Shown piece after piece: positions 51,451 through 62,200 of a stretch of 64,000 bases of DNA. The notes under the pieces were generated by a model. It ran no database searches, was not told the origin of the DNA, and saw nothing but the letters and a program-made list of their open reading frames with translations. The first letter of the stretch is position 1. Each line of letters opens with the position of its first letter. This DNA is from a virus. Lineage: Duplodnaviria; Caudoviricetes. The translations under genes and the position numbers were made by a program. The stretch is from positions 1-64,000 of IMG/VR virus record IMGVR_UViG_3300046528_000200; one strand, 5' to 3'.

Positions 51451-53643
51451 TTAAACGGTGATGATGCGGTCAGCGACCGAATCGGTCAGGTCGCTGTGTG
51501 AAACGATAATCGTCTGGCCGAAGCCCAACGTCGACAGCATGCCAAGCATCTTGGTCTCGCGCGCGTCGCTGCAGGCTGCGGCCGGCTCATCCAGCTGGAG
51601 CATGTCGATGCCCGGCAGGAAGGTCTTAGTGAGCGTGATGCGCATCGCCAGGCCCAGCATGTCTTCGGCCGAGCCGGACAGACCCGAGACCGGGAAGCCA
51701 TTGCATTTGAAGGTGCCGTCGGCGCGGGTGATACGCGACTCCTGCCCGCGCACATCCGAGAAGTGCTTCGAGACGCCGCCCAGCACGATGTTCCACAGCT
51801 TGTTCGTGATGACCGGGCGCGCAGCGCGCACCTTTTTAATGAGCAGGTTGTACTTTTGCATCTGGGCCAGCTCAGCCTCGACGGCGGCCAGTTGGGCGCG
51901 CGTCTGCTCCAGCTGACGCTGCTGCTGCGCGGCCAGCGCTTCTTTAGTGGCGAGGGCGGTCTGCAACTGCTGCAGATGGTGCTGGTGCAGTTGCAGCGCT
52001 CCGGACGAAGTCTTAATCTGCTGGACCAGCTGGCCCGCGCGCTCCAGCACCGACTTGGCTTCCTGCACTTCCAGCACCTGGCGCGCGGTCACCGCGTCGC
52101 GACGCTCCAGCACCAGGCGGTTGCGCTGAGTTTCCTTTTCCTGCCGGCGCACGGCGTCCGCATCGGCTTCGCGTTGCAGCGTCTCGAGGTGAGCAAGCTG
52201 GTTGGCCAAGTCGGCCGGCACGTGTTCCAGTACCGGGCCGGTCCAGCGCCACGCACCCGGCACCACGTTGCGGTCGACCACGATGAAGTCGGCAGCGCGC
52301 GCGTACAGGTTTTCGATGGCGCCATTGACGCGCACGACGTCGTTCAGCTGCGCGAGGTACTTGAGCTGCTGCTCCAGCTCCGTGCTTGCCTCATCACTGG
52401 CCTGGCGGTATTCCCGCTCATCCAGACCAATCTCGTCCAGCGCAGCCTGCAATGCCTGCTTACGGTCTGCAATCTGGCGCCCCAGCTGGCCGTTGGTGCG
52501 CGCCACCTCCGGCACGTCCGACAGGTCTTTCTGGCACAGTGCACAGGTGGTCTCCCTGATCAGTCGCCCTTCGAGTTGCGCCACTTCAACGTCAGCTGCT
52601 CGCTGGCGCTCAGCACGTTCCTGCGCCAATTTGTTTAGGTTGACCACTGCGCTATTGCGACGGTCACCTAGAGGCTTGATTGACTGCTGCACCTGAGCGA
52701 CTTCAGCTTCCAGCGACGCCAGATCCTTGTCCCACTGGACCGCGGTGTCGGTGCCAGCCAGCTCGGCATACAGTTTCGCCGCGCGCGCCTGCTGCTTGCC
52801 GGCTTCCACTGCCGCGCGCGCCTTTTCGATGCTGCCTTCCGGCGGCGCCAGCACGGCGGGCCGGCCCAGCTCACGGTCGATCGCGTCGATGTCGAAGGTG
52901 GTCTTCTCGATCGTGCGCGTCAGCGCCACTTCGCTGGCGATGGTCTGGCGCGCGGTCTCGACGTCGAGCTGGTCCTGCTGCGCCTGCAGATCAGCCAGAT
53001 CGCCTTCCGCGGCGCGAACCGTTTCAGCAGCGTCTCCGATGTCGCCGCGCAGGCCTTCCAGATCTTCGAATGTCTGGCCCTGCACCTCCTGCTCTTTCAG
53101 CTGGGCGATGCGCGCCTCGACGCCCTCGGTCCTGCCGGTCGGGCGCTGCGCAGCGATCTTCTCGGCCACCTGGTCGATCAGGTCGAAGTTGGCCAGCTCC
53201 TCGATCATGCGGCCGGCGGCCGTGGGGCCTTCCTTGAGCGACTCAGCCAAGGATTTCTGCGAGGCGAACATCAGCTTGCCGGCCAGCTTGGCGTCGGCGC
53301 CGAACAGGCGCTCGAAGAAAGCGGTCACTTCGTTCTGGCCGGTGATCTTTTCGCGGCCGAAATTCAGCTCGGCGCCGGACTTGCCGCGGTAGCCGGTATA
53401 GGTGACGCCGAGGTGCTCGATCTCGCAGTCGACGCGCAGCTTCGAAACTGGCGTGTGATAGGTGACGACGTCGTCGATGGATTCGCGCAGGGAGCGCGCG
53501 CCGAAGCAGAAGTAGAAGAAGGCTTCCAGCACGGTGGTCTTGCCGGCCTCGTTCTCGCCGCGAATGGCGTTCAAGCCCGGGCCGAAGTCGAAGGCACGGT
53601 CGAGGTGCTGGCGGAAATTCTGGAGTCGGATCTTTTTGAGCAT
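51451..53643 (-). CDS. sbcC: SbcC/Rad50-like SMC ATPase
   Basis: GENEAGKT Walker A, coiled coil with CALC hook, LSGS signature, LDEP Walker B, SH loop. Confidence 0.92.
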   Translation of the reverse strand: MLKKIRLQNFRQHLDRAFDFGPGLNAIRGENEAGKTTVLEAFFYFCFGARSLRESIDDVVTYHTPVSKLRVDCEIEHLGVTYTGYRGKSGAELNFGREKITGQNEVTAFFERLFGADAKLAGKLMFASQKSLAESLKEGPTAAGRMIEELANFDLIDQVAEKIAAQRPTGRTEGVEARIAQLKEQEVQGQTFEDLEGLRGDIGDAAETVRAAEGDLADLQAQQDQLDVETARQTIASEVALTRTIEKTTFDIDAIDRELGRPAVLAPPEGSIEKARAAVEAGKQQARAAKLYAELAGTDTAVQWDKDLASLEAEVAQVQQSIKPLGDRRNSAVVNLNKLAQERAERQRAADVEVAQLEGRLIRETTCALCQKDLSDVPEVARTNGQLGRQIADRKQALQAALDEIGLDEREYRQASDEASTELEQQLKYLAQLNDVVRVNGAIENLYARAADFIVVDRNVVPGAWRWTGPVLEHVPADLANQLAHLETLQREADADAVRRQEKETQRNRLVLERRDAVTARQVLEVQEAKSVLERAGQLVQQIKTSSGALQLHQHHLQQLQTALATKEALAAQQQRQLEQTRAQLAAVEAELAQMQKYNLLIKKVRAARPVITNKLWNIVLGGVSKHFSDVRGQESRITRADGTFKCNGFPVSGLSGSAEDMLGLAMRITLTKTFLPGIDMLQLDEPAAACSDARETKMLGMLSTLGFGQTIIVSHSDLTDSVADRIITV

Positions 53644-53644
53644 T

Positions 53645-53872
53645 TTATTTTCCGGTTCGGTTGAGTATCAGGGATGCAGCGCCCTCCATCTGCTCGACGG
53701 TCAGGTGCCGGGTCAGGTTCAGGGCAGCGGTGATCCGGCGAGCCATCGCTTCGCGCTCGTTCTGCGACAGCTTGTAGCTGTACGTCGTCGTTGCGACACC
53801 GCCGTCAGCGTCAGCAAAGCGGATCGTCCGGGCACCAAGCCCGCATTGTCTGTAACGTCGGCCCTCAAACAT
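53645..53872 (-). CDS. Hypothetical protein
   Basis: ORF track. Confidence 0.6.
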   Translation of the reverse strand: MFEGRRYRQCGLGARTIRFADADGGVATTTYSYKLSQNEREAMARRITAALNLTRHLTVEQMEGAASLILNRTGK

Positions 53873-54065
53873 CGCGGCGCTCTGGTTTAACAGCGTCGGT
53901 AAAGGCTTCGCCGGCGGTGCCCAGCAGGGCGCCGGTGCGGCTGAAGGGCGTGTCGCGCTTTTTATCGTAGGAGCAGGCGTCGGGGATGAACATCACGACG
54001 TCGACGACGGCGGTGACCGGCGTGGCGGCGACAGCGATGGTTGCTTTAAGCAGGTTGAACAGCAT
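53865..54065 (-). CDS. Conserved small phage protein
   Basis: ORF track. Confidence 0.65.
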   Translation of the reverse strand: MLFNLLKATIAVAATPVTAVVDVVMFIPDACSYDKKRDTPFSRTGALLGTAGEAFTDAVKPERRDV

Positions 54066-54249
54066 TTTCTTCCCCCAACTTCGTTGTATTGCCGCCGATC
54101 AGATCGGTGACGCCCTGCTGGCCAGCACCGCACTCGTGCCACGAAACTAGGCTGATCCGGCCAAAGCTCATCAGGTGAGCGAGGGCCTGCGGCGACTGCC
54201 GCGAAAACTGCCGGCCGCAGATGCGACACTTGTAGGTCAGGAAGTGCAC
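54046..54249 (-). CDS. Small Cys/His protein
   Basis: GTG start; YKCRICG...HEC. Confidence 0.55.
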   Translation of the reverse strand: MHFLTYKCRICGRQFSRQSPQALAHLMSFGRISLVSWHECGAGQQGVTDLIGGNTTKLGEENAVQPA

Positions 54250-55301
54250 TGGTCTTCTCCCATGATTTTGTCGATCTCGGCCGCGTCGTCGGGCCCGAGG
54301 TATTCGCGCAGCGCCTCCAGCACGTTGAAGCTGGTGACGTCCTCGTGCGACAGCGTCATCTCGGCGCCGTCGTCGACGCCTTCGATCTTCACCGCATTGG
54401 TGATGACCAGGGCTTTCGCCTCGCGCCGGAAGCGGCCGATTGCGGTCACGACCTTGTCGGCTTCGGCCGCCGTGGCGGTGCCAGTGATGCGGATGAAGCG
54501 GCCGACGTCGGTGAGACCACGCCAATCCTGCTCGCTGTAATCGACCTTGCCAAAGTCGTTGATGTCCTGCCAGGTCGTGTGCAGCGCGTAGCTGGCGGCA
54601 CGGTTGGCCTGATACGTACAGAACAGAGCTTTGTCCTGGTTACCCAGGCAGTCGCTGATCGAGGATGGGAACTGGTTCCCGACGATCACGACCTTGCCGC
54701 CCAGCTCGGTCCGGGCCTGGTGTTCATGGCCGAACACGATGTATTCGACCGGCAGCTGCTCGGCCTGCTCTTTCGACAGGTTCAGCGAGTGGTCGGCCTC
54801 GACCGCGAACTGATTGTCGTAGTTGGCGTGCACGAATAGGAAGCGGCAGGCCGGGACCTTGGCCAGCTCCATATTGAACAGGTCCTGGTTGGCGACGTGC
54901 GGAATCACGTAGGCGTCGTGCCTCGGCAGTGACGTCCCTTCGGCGATATGCGCTACGCGTGCTGGCCCGTGCATCTCAAGCAACAGCTGCGCAAAAAACT
55001 GGAACGACGACAGGCGCGTGCTGTTCTTGTCGAGATCGTGGTTGCCATTCGCAAGGAATAGGCTCCCAGGTGCGCGCGTCAGCCAGTCGCCGAAGATGCG
55101 CACGGCCTGCAGTAGATCCGCGCGCGGGATGTCTGGGCCGTCGAACAGGTCGCCGTTGACCAGCAGATCGCCGGTCACGCTGTAGAGAATCTCTTCGGCG
55201 GCCGTGAGCAGATCCTGCCGCAGCTGATAGGCAGTGGCTGGTGTGGTGCCAGCACTGCGATTGGCGCCGAGGTGCCAGTCGTTCACTACTGTGAGCGTCA
55301 T
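54237..55301 (-). CDS. sbcD: SbcD/Mre11-like nuclease
   Basis: DWHLG, GDLFD, GNHD, GHEH. Confidence 0.92.
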   Translation of the reverse strand: MTLTVVNDWHLGANRSAGTTPATAYQLRQDLLTAAEEILYSVTGDLLVNGDLFDGPDIPRADLLQAVRIFGDWLTRAPGSLFLANGNHDLDKNSTRLSSFQFFAQLLLEMHGPARVAHIAEGTSLPRHDAYVIPHVANQDLFNMELAKVPACRFLFVHANYDNQFAVEADHSLNLSKEQAEQLPVEYIVFGHEHQARTELGGKVVIVGNQFPSSISDCLGNQDKALFCTYQANRAASYALHTTWQDINDFGKVDYSEQDWRGLTDVGRFIRITGTATAAEADKVVTAIGRFRREAKALVITNAVKIEGVDDGAEMTLSHEDVTSFNVLEALREYLGPDDAAEIDKIMGEDQCTS

Positions 55302-55325
55302 TATTATTTTCCTTTATGGGTGTGG

Positions 55326-55349
55326 AAAGAGGCCCCGCAGGGCCTCTTT
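55326..55349 (-). terminator. Hairpin terminator (possibly bidirectional)
   Basis: AAAGAGGCCC-N4-GGGCCTCTTT. Confidence 0.7.
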
Positions 55350-55377
55350 GTCATTCTCAGGTAAAGTTTGCCTACGG

Positions 55378-55830
55378 TCAAGGAAAGAGTTGCAGCATCA
55401 CATCCTCGACCTTAGGGTAGGCCTTGAACAGGCTAAGGTCCCAGGACGCAGCGCGCTCAAAAAAGTAGTCAGCCGGAACCAGCCGCCACTCACGCACGCC
55501 GCCACGGCCTTCCGTCAAGTGGCAAACAATCACCCAGCACTGGGAGCCAGCGAGACGCCACTTGCGCATCCGCCCGACCTTGTCAGCCGCGAAATTCGCC
55601 GCCGGCAGGCGCCGGCTGGAGACCGTCGTGATCTTGACCTCCTTCACCTCAATCTTGAAGTTGGTGCCGCGATGGCCGGCCTCGAAGTCGGACGGCGCCG
55701 GCTGCGCGCTGCCGGCCCGGGCATCCGGGTAGCGCAAAAAAGCGAAGCCGGCATCAGTTTCGCTGCGCCGCGACATCCAGTCGCGCACCTGCTTTTCGGC
55801 CCACTTGCCGCGTGTTCCAAGGGTCGCCAT
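55378..55830 (-). CDS. Holliday junction resolvase, PD-(D/E)XK/RecU-like
   Basis: GK.AE, PSDF, IEVK. Confidence 0.8.
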   Translation of the reverse strand: MATLGTRGKWAEKQVRDWMSRRSETDAGFAFLRYPDARAGSAQPAPSDFEAGHRGTNFKIEVKEVKITTVSSRRLPAANFAADKVGRMRKWRLAGSQCWVIVCHLTEGRGGVREWRLVPADYFFERAASWDLSLFKAYPKVEDVMLQLFP

Positions 55831-55831
55831 A

Positions 55832-56017
55832 TCAGTCTCCCAGCCGGGTCAGGGCGTTGTGGACGTGGGTGTCAAGCTGGTCGAGCTGGCTGCACAGCCA
55901 GACGTCCTGCACTTTGACACGCAGCTGGTCGAGAATGGCCTGGGCCGAGACCAGCTCGCCCACCGCCTCGTCGCACAGCTCGGCGATGCGGCGCGGAGCC
56001 TCCGGTGCGGCGCTCAT
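55832..56017 (-). CDS. Hypothetical protein
   Basis: Coupled ORF. Confidence 0.6.
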   Translation of the reverse strand: MSAAPEAPRRIAELCDEAVGELVSAQAILDQLRVKVQDVWLCSQLDQLDTHVHNALTRLGD

Positions 56018-56880
56018 ACGGCCATCGGCGCTTTGATCGCCGCGTGAGATTGGTAGTCGACCAGCTGAATATCTTCCGGCCGCAGGGCCAGAAGCAATGC
56101 GTCAAGAGTTACCGTCGCGCTGTTGTACGGGACGTCCAAAGCCAGCTTCGGCGCCGGCAACACTTCGCGCGCCAGCTGCTCCTGCACCTGCTCGATGTGG
56201 TTCTCGTAGATGTGGGCATCGGCCAGGAACATTGTCAGCGTGCCGGCCGTATAGCCGGTCCAGGCCGCGAACAGCTCCAGCAGCAGCGCGTAGCTGGCGA
56301 TGTTGAACGGCACGCCGAGGAACATGTCGCAGCTGCGCTGGTACATCGTCATGTGCAGCACCTTCGTGTCGACGTGCGGCAGCAGCTGGAACAGCACGTG
56401 GCAGGGCGGCAGGGCGGCCACGTCCAGCTCGGCCGGGTTCCAGGCATTGACCAGGATACGGCGATCGGTCGGCTCGTAGCGCACCTTGTCGAGGGCGCGG
56501 GCGATCTGGTCGACACGCGTCACGCCGCCAGCGATACCGAAGTCGCGCCACTGCGCGCTGTAGATCCGGCCAAGGTCGTCGTGACCGCGCCGCGCCGGGC
56601 TGGCCAGCCACTTCGTGTTCTCGTTGGCGTTCTGGTCCCAGATGTTGCAGCCCAGCGCACGGAAGTCAGCTGCGCTGGTGGCGCCGCGCAGGAAACCGAT
56701 CAGCTCGCCCTTCACGGCGTCGAAGGCCAGCTTCTTCGTGGTGACGGCCGGGAAGCCATCGCGCAGATCGAACTTGAGCATGGCGCCGGGCAGGGTGTAG
56801 GTGTCGATTCCGGTGCGGTTCGACTGCTTGACGCCGTTGTCGAGGATGTCGCGCAAGAGGTTCAGGTAGTTTTGTTCCAT
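56014..56880 (-). CDS. thyA: Thymidylate synthase
   Basis: DRRILV.AWNP, LPPCH, YQRSCD.FLGVPFNIASY, DAHIY. Confidence 0.97.
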   Translation of the reverse strand: MEQNYLNLLRDILDNGVKQSNRTGIDTYTLPGAMLKFDLRDGFPAVTTKKLAFDAVKGELIGFLRGATSAADFRALGCNIWDQNANENTKWLASPARRGHDDLGRIYSAQWRDFGIAGGVTRVDQIARALDKVRYEPTDRRILVNAWNPAELDVAALPPCHVLFQLLPHVDTKVLHMTMYQRSCDMFLGVPFNIASYALLLELFAAWTGYTAGTLTMFLADAHIYENHIEQVQEQLAREVLPAPKLALDVPYNSATVTLDALLLALRPEDIQLVDYQSHAAIKAPMAV

Positions 56881-57083
56881 TATTTGCTTTCAGGTTTCAG
56901 GGTTGCATTCAGGTTCACGTTGATGATGGGAGACGCCACACCGACGTTACGCATCTCGACTGGGTTGGCCCAGACGATCTGGTCCATCTCGCGGCCGGTC
57001 TCTTCCAGCACCAGCCGGCGGATGGCCGCATCGACCTTCTCGCCTGGGATCTCGACCACGTCGAGGGTGGTGCGGATCTTCAT
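56880..57083 (-). CDS. Hypothetical protein
   Basis: Coupled ORF (TAATG, ATGA). Confidence 0.65.
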   Translation of the reverse strand: MKIRTTLDVVEIPGEKVDAAIRRLVLEETGREMDQIVWANPVEMRNVGVASPIINVNLNATLKPESK

Positions 57084-58069
57084 GCCGCCTCCTTCGCCAA
57101 GTCGTACTTCTCGCGGCGGCGCACGAAGCGCGCCTGGCGCGGCGCGTCCTTCACGCCGGTGTCGAGCGAGCAGTATTCGGCCGGCCAGCCGCAGATTTCA
57201 AGCGGATTGTTGAACCACTCGATGCGCTGGGCGTGCGTGGCGCTGCCGGGCCCCAGGCGGATCGGCTGGCCGGTCGCGGTGTCGGTGGCGAGGAAGGCGC
57301 CGATCATGCCCTTGCCGACCTTGTTCTCCTTGTGGCTCGAACGCTCGGTGCGACCCAGGGCGTTGGTGGTCGCCTCGTTCTGGTTCTCCATCGCCTCCTC
57401 GAAGCCGGTGATGACGCAGTCCTTGACCGAGGCCGGCTTGAAGCGCCAGAAGTCGTTCAGCTTGGCGGTGGCGCGGCCGTGCTTGTGCTTCGCCTTCGGG
57501 TCGCGGAAGATGGCGCCCTCGTAGCCCAGCGCCAGGCACTCGTCGATGAAGGCCTGGGCCTGCTCGGCGTCCTCGATCACGACGTAAGGCAGCAGACAGA
57601 CGCCCGGCAGCCCAAGCGCAATCAGCTGCTCGAGACGGCCATAGCGGTCCTCGTATTCGAGATCGATCACTTCCGGGTGCAGGAAGTCAAACACATTCCA
57701 TACGACGTTGGTCGGCAGCTCGGTCTCGCCCTTCTTAATCTTAACGCGGCTGGTGATGCCAGTCGTCAGGCTGCATAGCGTCTTCGGCTTGTCGCCTGGC
57801 TTATCCGGCGCCGTCAGCTCCGGAGGCAGTTCGCGGTTCGACAGGTAGCCGTCGATCGTCAGCTCGCCATCAAGGCCGGTATAGATCGGCGACGAGAACT
57901 TCTCGACTAGCGCGGTGTTGGCAAGGTCTTCCAGCGAGCGGCCGGTGAATTTGCCAGTGACGTGGCAGCCGCGCACGCCGTCGATCTTACGGAAGCCCCA
58001 GACAGGGAAGCGCATGCCCTTGAAATCTGGTGCGATGTCAACAGCGAGTTGTGGGAGGGTTTTGGTCAT
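57080..58069 (-). CDS. Minimal ATP-dependent DNA ligase
   Basis: KIDGVR, LDGEL, VFD, YEGAIFR, RFKP, C-terminal OB fold. Confidence 0.93.
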   Translation of the reverse strand: MTKTLPQLAVDIAPDFKGMRFPVWGFRKIDGVRGCHVTGKFTGRSLEDLANTALVEKFSSPIYTGLDGELTIDGYLSNRELPPELTAPDKPGDKPKTLCSLTTGITSRVKIKKGETELPTNVVWNVFDFLHPEVIDLEYEDRYGRLEQLIALGLPGVCLLPYVVIEDAEQAQAFIDECLALGYEGAIFRDPKAKHKHGRATAKLNDFWRFKPASVKDCVITGFEEAMENQNEATTNALGRTERSSHKENKVGKGMIGAFLATDTATGQPIRLGPGSATHAQRIEWFNNPLEICGWPAEYCSLDTGVKDAPRQARFVRRREKYDLAKEAA

Positions 58070-58308
58070 GCTGTTGCCTTTCTGATGGAATTGTTTAGTG
58101 TGTTAGCGATTTGATCAGCCCCAACAACGAGCAAAGTCTCTGAGCACTCGTCACAGCCAAGAGTGAAAATGCACTCAACGTCACGTGTATTCAGCCGACC
58201 CTGCTGGGCGTCTGACCGATTTACAATCGAGGCCTGCCAGGACAGGCGAGTACTCTCGCACTCGCTACATTGGGTGATGGCCATGGTCGTAGCCATGTCA
58301 GCTGCCAT
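58066..58308 (-). CDS. Small zinc-binding protein
   Basis: CSEC...CDEC. Confidence 0.65.
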   Translation of the reverse strand: MAADMATTMAITQCSECESTRLSWQASIVNRSDAQQGRLNTRDVECIFTLGCDECSETLLVVGADQIANTLNNSIRKATA

Positions 58309-58573
58309 GCGTCGCGAGGTACAGCTTGCCTTCCTGCCCGGTCAGCGCAAGGAATCGCGCCTTGGCCTCCTCGATCTTGGCAAGGTCGAGGGTGAGTTCG
58401 GCGGCCGAGTAGTCGCCGCTGTCCGCCACCTCGACGCCGCGGATCGTGACGTCCGGCCCGCCGTCGTAATAGCCGACAGCGCGGTCCATGTTTTCGAGGA
58501 CTTCCTCGTCATCGATCTGGATGTCTTCCTGGTACAAGCCGACGATCAGTTTTGCGGAGTATTCAATGCCCAT
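58298..58573 (-). CDS. Hypothetical protein
   Basis: ORF track; AGGAAG SD. Confidence 0.7.
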   Translation of the reverse strand: MGIEYSAKLIVGLYQEDIQIDDEEVLENMDRAVGYYDGGPDVTIRGVEVADSGDYSAAELTLDLAKIEEAKARFLALTGQEGKLYLATHGS

Positions 58574-58623
58574 AAGGCTTCCTTTCAGGTTGTGTGCCCG
58601 GCGCGGCCGGGCGGACTGGGTAG

Positions 58624-58977
58624 TTATTTGCGTTTCGATTTCTGATTTTTGCGATACACGGTCATCTGGGCCAGCGCCTTGAAGATGTGTTGCGTCTCCT
58701 TGCCGTACAGGAGGGCCACATCAAGGCGCGCAGGCACATCAGGCGGCTGTCGCGCCTCCACATCGATTGCGTTAAGTGCCCAACTACCGTGTTGGTGGCC
58801 CATCTGCAGCTTTCGCAAGGTATCGTGGTCGGAAATCACCCGGACTTGCAGGCGCGTCTGCAGCATGCCCGGCACGCCAGGCCCGCCGTCCTGCCGGGCG
58901 TTCAGCTCCCAGCCCCAGATGTGATGCAGCGACACGCCCAGGGTGCGGGCGACCGCGGCGGCGACGGTGTCCTTCAT
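58624..58977 (-). CDS. Hypothetical protein
   Basis: Coupled ORF. Confidence 0.65.
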   Translation of the reverse strand: MKDTVAAAVARTLGVSLHHIWGWELNARQDGGPGVPGMLQTRLQVRVISDHDTLRKLQMGHQHGSWALNAIDVEARQPPDVPARLDVALLYGKETQHIFKALAQMTVYRKNQKSKRK

Positions 58978-59258
58978 GCCGTCTCCTTCGTCGAGTCCCT
59001 GAGCTTCAAGGCCAGCTCAGGTGATGCCATGAGAATCACCACGTCCGAGTCATTGCCGGCGCCGAAGACATCGCCGAAAATAGCGTCGAAGGTGTCGCCA
59101 AACGAGCCCTTCTTCAGGCCGGAGACGATTAGGATCTGCCCGTCCGGGGCCACCAGCTTGGTCATCCCTTCCCAGGTCGACTGAGCTTCGAGGTTGGCCA
59201 GCGTCAAGACGCCCACGCTCAGGGTAAAGATTTCGTTTCGCTTCAGCTGCGCTTTCAT
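58974..59258 (-). CDS. Hypothetical protein
   Basis: Coupled ORF. Confidence 0.65.
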   Translation of the reverse strand: MKAQLKRNEIFTLSVGVLTLANLEAQSTWEGMTKLVAPDGQILIVSGLKKGSFGDTFDAIFGDVFGAGNDSDVVILMASPELALKLRDSTKETA

Positions 59259-62200
59259 GCTGCCTCCAAAAGTTGAACTTCATTTTCAATCCACGACTGC
59301 TCCCAGGTGGTCTCGCCGCGGGCGATCATCCCAAGGTGCATCTCCAGCAGGCCGTCACGGATAGCGTCAGGCGTTGGGTAGGCGCCGATCTCGGTCTGCC
59401 GGTAGAAGTTCGGGCCGAACGAGATGGTGGAGACCACCTCGAGGTCCATCGTGGCAAACGGCGCCGTCATGGCCGCGTGGCAGCGCGGCAGGAACGCCGG
59501 CAGATCGTCGATCATCACCGACCACACCACCTCATCGTGGATCGGGCCGTAGCAGACCGCGTCGAAGTCGTACGACAGGTTGTCGCGCCACATACGCCCT
59601 TCCGCAAGCTTCGTCTGCTCGCCGGCCGGGCCCTGCACCTTGAAGTTGACCGCCTGGCGCTCGGCCTTCGATTTCTCGAAGTTGGTGCCATTGAGCAGCT
59701 GGTCGCTCAGGTGGCGCACGCCGCCGCCCAGGGTACGCACGACGCCGTTTTCCTTCACCTCGGCCTTGATGTCTTCCTTCCACTGCTGGGCGACCGGGTA
59801 CATCGCCTCACGCGCATCGAGGAACAGCTGAGCGCGCTCGACCGGGATCATCAGGGTGGCGGCCACCTTCTCGGCCATGGCGCCGTATTCGGCCGTGAAG
59901 TTCACCTTCTTGCCCAGGTTGCGGATGTCCTTGACGTGCTTGGCCAGCACCTTGTCGCCGCTGGCCAGCGCCGCTTCGAAGTCCTCGTACGTCCAGTCCA
60001 GACCCTCTTCCTCGCGGATGATACCGAGGCCTGTGATCGTGTGCGGCGACTTGCGCTTCTCACCCTGGAAGCACGACAGCGCGTTCGGATCCTGCGACTG
60101 GAACGCGATCAGCACCATCTCCTGGGAGTCGAAGTCCATGGAGACGATGACGGCGCCGGGCCGGTGCGGCACGATCACCTCGCGGAACTTGGCCTCCTGC
60201 CCCTCGATCTTCTGGTGCTTGGGCAGCTGCTGCTTGTTGGGCTTCGATTCGCTGGCACGGCGCGTGACGGTCGAGCACTGGTTGTGCTGCGAACGCACCC
60301 GGCCGTCCTTCCAATGCGTGAAGTACGGATACTTCGAGTAGTAGAGCGAACGGCGCGTGGTGACCATGCCCATCAGCTTCAGGGCTTCCAGCACCGGCTT
60401 CTGTTCCGGTGTGCAGTCCTGCAAGCCGTAGGCCACCGCCAGCAGATCGGTCTTGGGCGAGCCCTCGCGGATGCCGGCTTTCTTCATGGCCTCGGTCGGC
60501 ATGTTGCGCACCTTGACCGGCAGGCCCATCACCTCGTACATCAGGCGCTGCATCTGGATAGGCGAGCCCTTGTTGAATTGCGGCTCACCCTTGAAGTGGC
60601 GGCGGACGTAGGTGGTAAATTCCTTCTCAGCTGCGCAGACCCGCGCGTTGTCGGTCAGCTGCTGCTCAGACATCTGGAAGTCAGGGGGCCGAACCTCGAA
60701 ACCCGCAGCCTTCAGGCTCTCCTGCAGGGCAGTAGAGACCGGCTGCATCTGCACCAGCCGGTCCAGCATCTCGGCAAACTGCAGATGCTCGGTCTCGGTA
60801 CGGATGAAGGTCACGATCTTCGACGGCGTGCGCATCATCGTGTCCAGCACTTCGCCGGTCACGATCGTGTATGCCTCCTTGATCTGCGCCGGCGTGATGT
60901 CGACCGTATAAACTGGCGGCGACGTGCCGGCCCAGCCCTGCTCGATCAGGTACTGGCGCACCACGCCCCAGGCCTTCTCGTAGGTGATGTCGTCCTCACG
61001 CTCGAGCTCCTTGCAGCGTGCCACCGAGATCTCGGTACCATCGATGAAGTTCTTCGCATGCTGGTAGGCCGCGTCGAGCTCCACCTCGAGGTAGACGCGG
61101 TACGAGTGCTCCAGCTGCATGAACAGCTTGTAGTAGTTGTGCAGCGCGATCGTGCAGATCGTGTCATCAACACCGTAGCCGACCACGTGCGTCGCCGGCA
61201 GCTCGTTCATCTTGTAACGGCGCGTCTGGGTGGCTACGACCGGCACCATCACCGGCTTGCCGTCTTCGCCGATTTCGCCCGACTCAACCTCCACCAGCTC
61301 CGGCTTCGTGATCTCCATCGGCACGATGCCGGCGGCGACTTCTTCATCGGTGAGCGGCTCGAACTTGCCAGTGCCAACCGTCCGATACTGGTAGTCCTCG
61401 CGCACCAGGCGGCCACCCTTGAACAGCTGGTCAACCGGCGCCGTGATCTCGCACGTCTCCTTGTAGGTCTGCTGGCGATAGCCCAAGGTTCCGTGGCTTC
61501 GCTCCTTGAGGCCAACCGGGATATTCTCGTTCACGTAGTTCGCCTCGAACTTCGTGTCGCGCACATTCGGCAGGAAGCCGTGATAGCCGTTGTCCATCTG
61601 GCGCGCGCCCCACTCGTTGAAGAGCACCGTCAGCTCGAACGAGACGTTCTGGATGATGAGGGCGATCTCCTGTGGGATCGAGGCGATGAACTGGCGAAGC
61701 AGCTCGGAGTCGACGTTGTCGGTGTCGGCGTGGTCGACCGGGAAGTACAGGCTGTACTGGTTGTTCGGGCCGAAGGTCAGCGCGAGGCCCGTCAGCATCG
61801 AGCCGAACACGTCGACACCATCCGGATCACCCAGTGCGGCCAGCCATTCGTCCGACTCGTCCGGCGTCGAGGTCTCGATGTCGAGCGAGACTTCGTGGTG
61901 CGCGCAGATATGCGGCATGGCCCAGGCGATGGCCTGCTCGAACGTGCTGCCGGTGATGAGCCGTGTGCGGCCGTACCAGGGCTTCAGGCGCGGGTCGCGG
62001 TCGGTCGGCGCCAGCTGGCGCACCATGCCGGCTTCCCACTGCAGCGGCTGGCGCATGGTGTTGACCCACTCAGGCCGCACGCGTGCCAGGTCGAAGCAGC
62101 GGATCACCTGCGGCGCGTTATCGAGAATCAGCTGCAGCAGCTTGTCGTCCTTGCCGATGAAGTCGCCCAGCGGCGACAGGTCGCTGCGCGCCAGCATGTC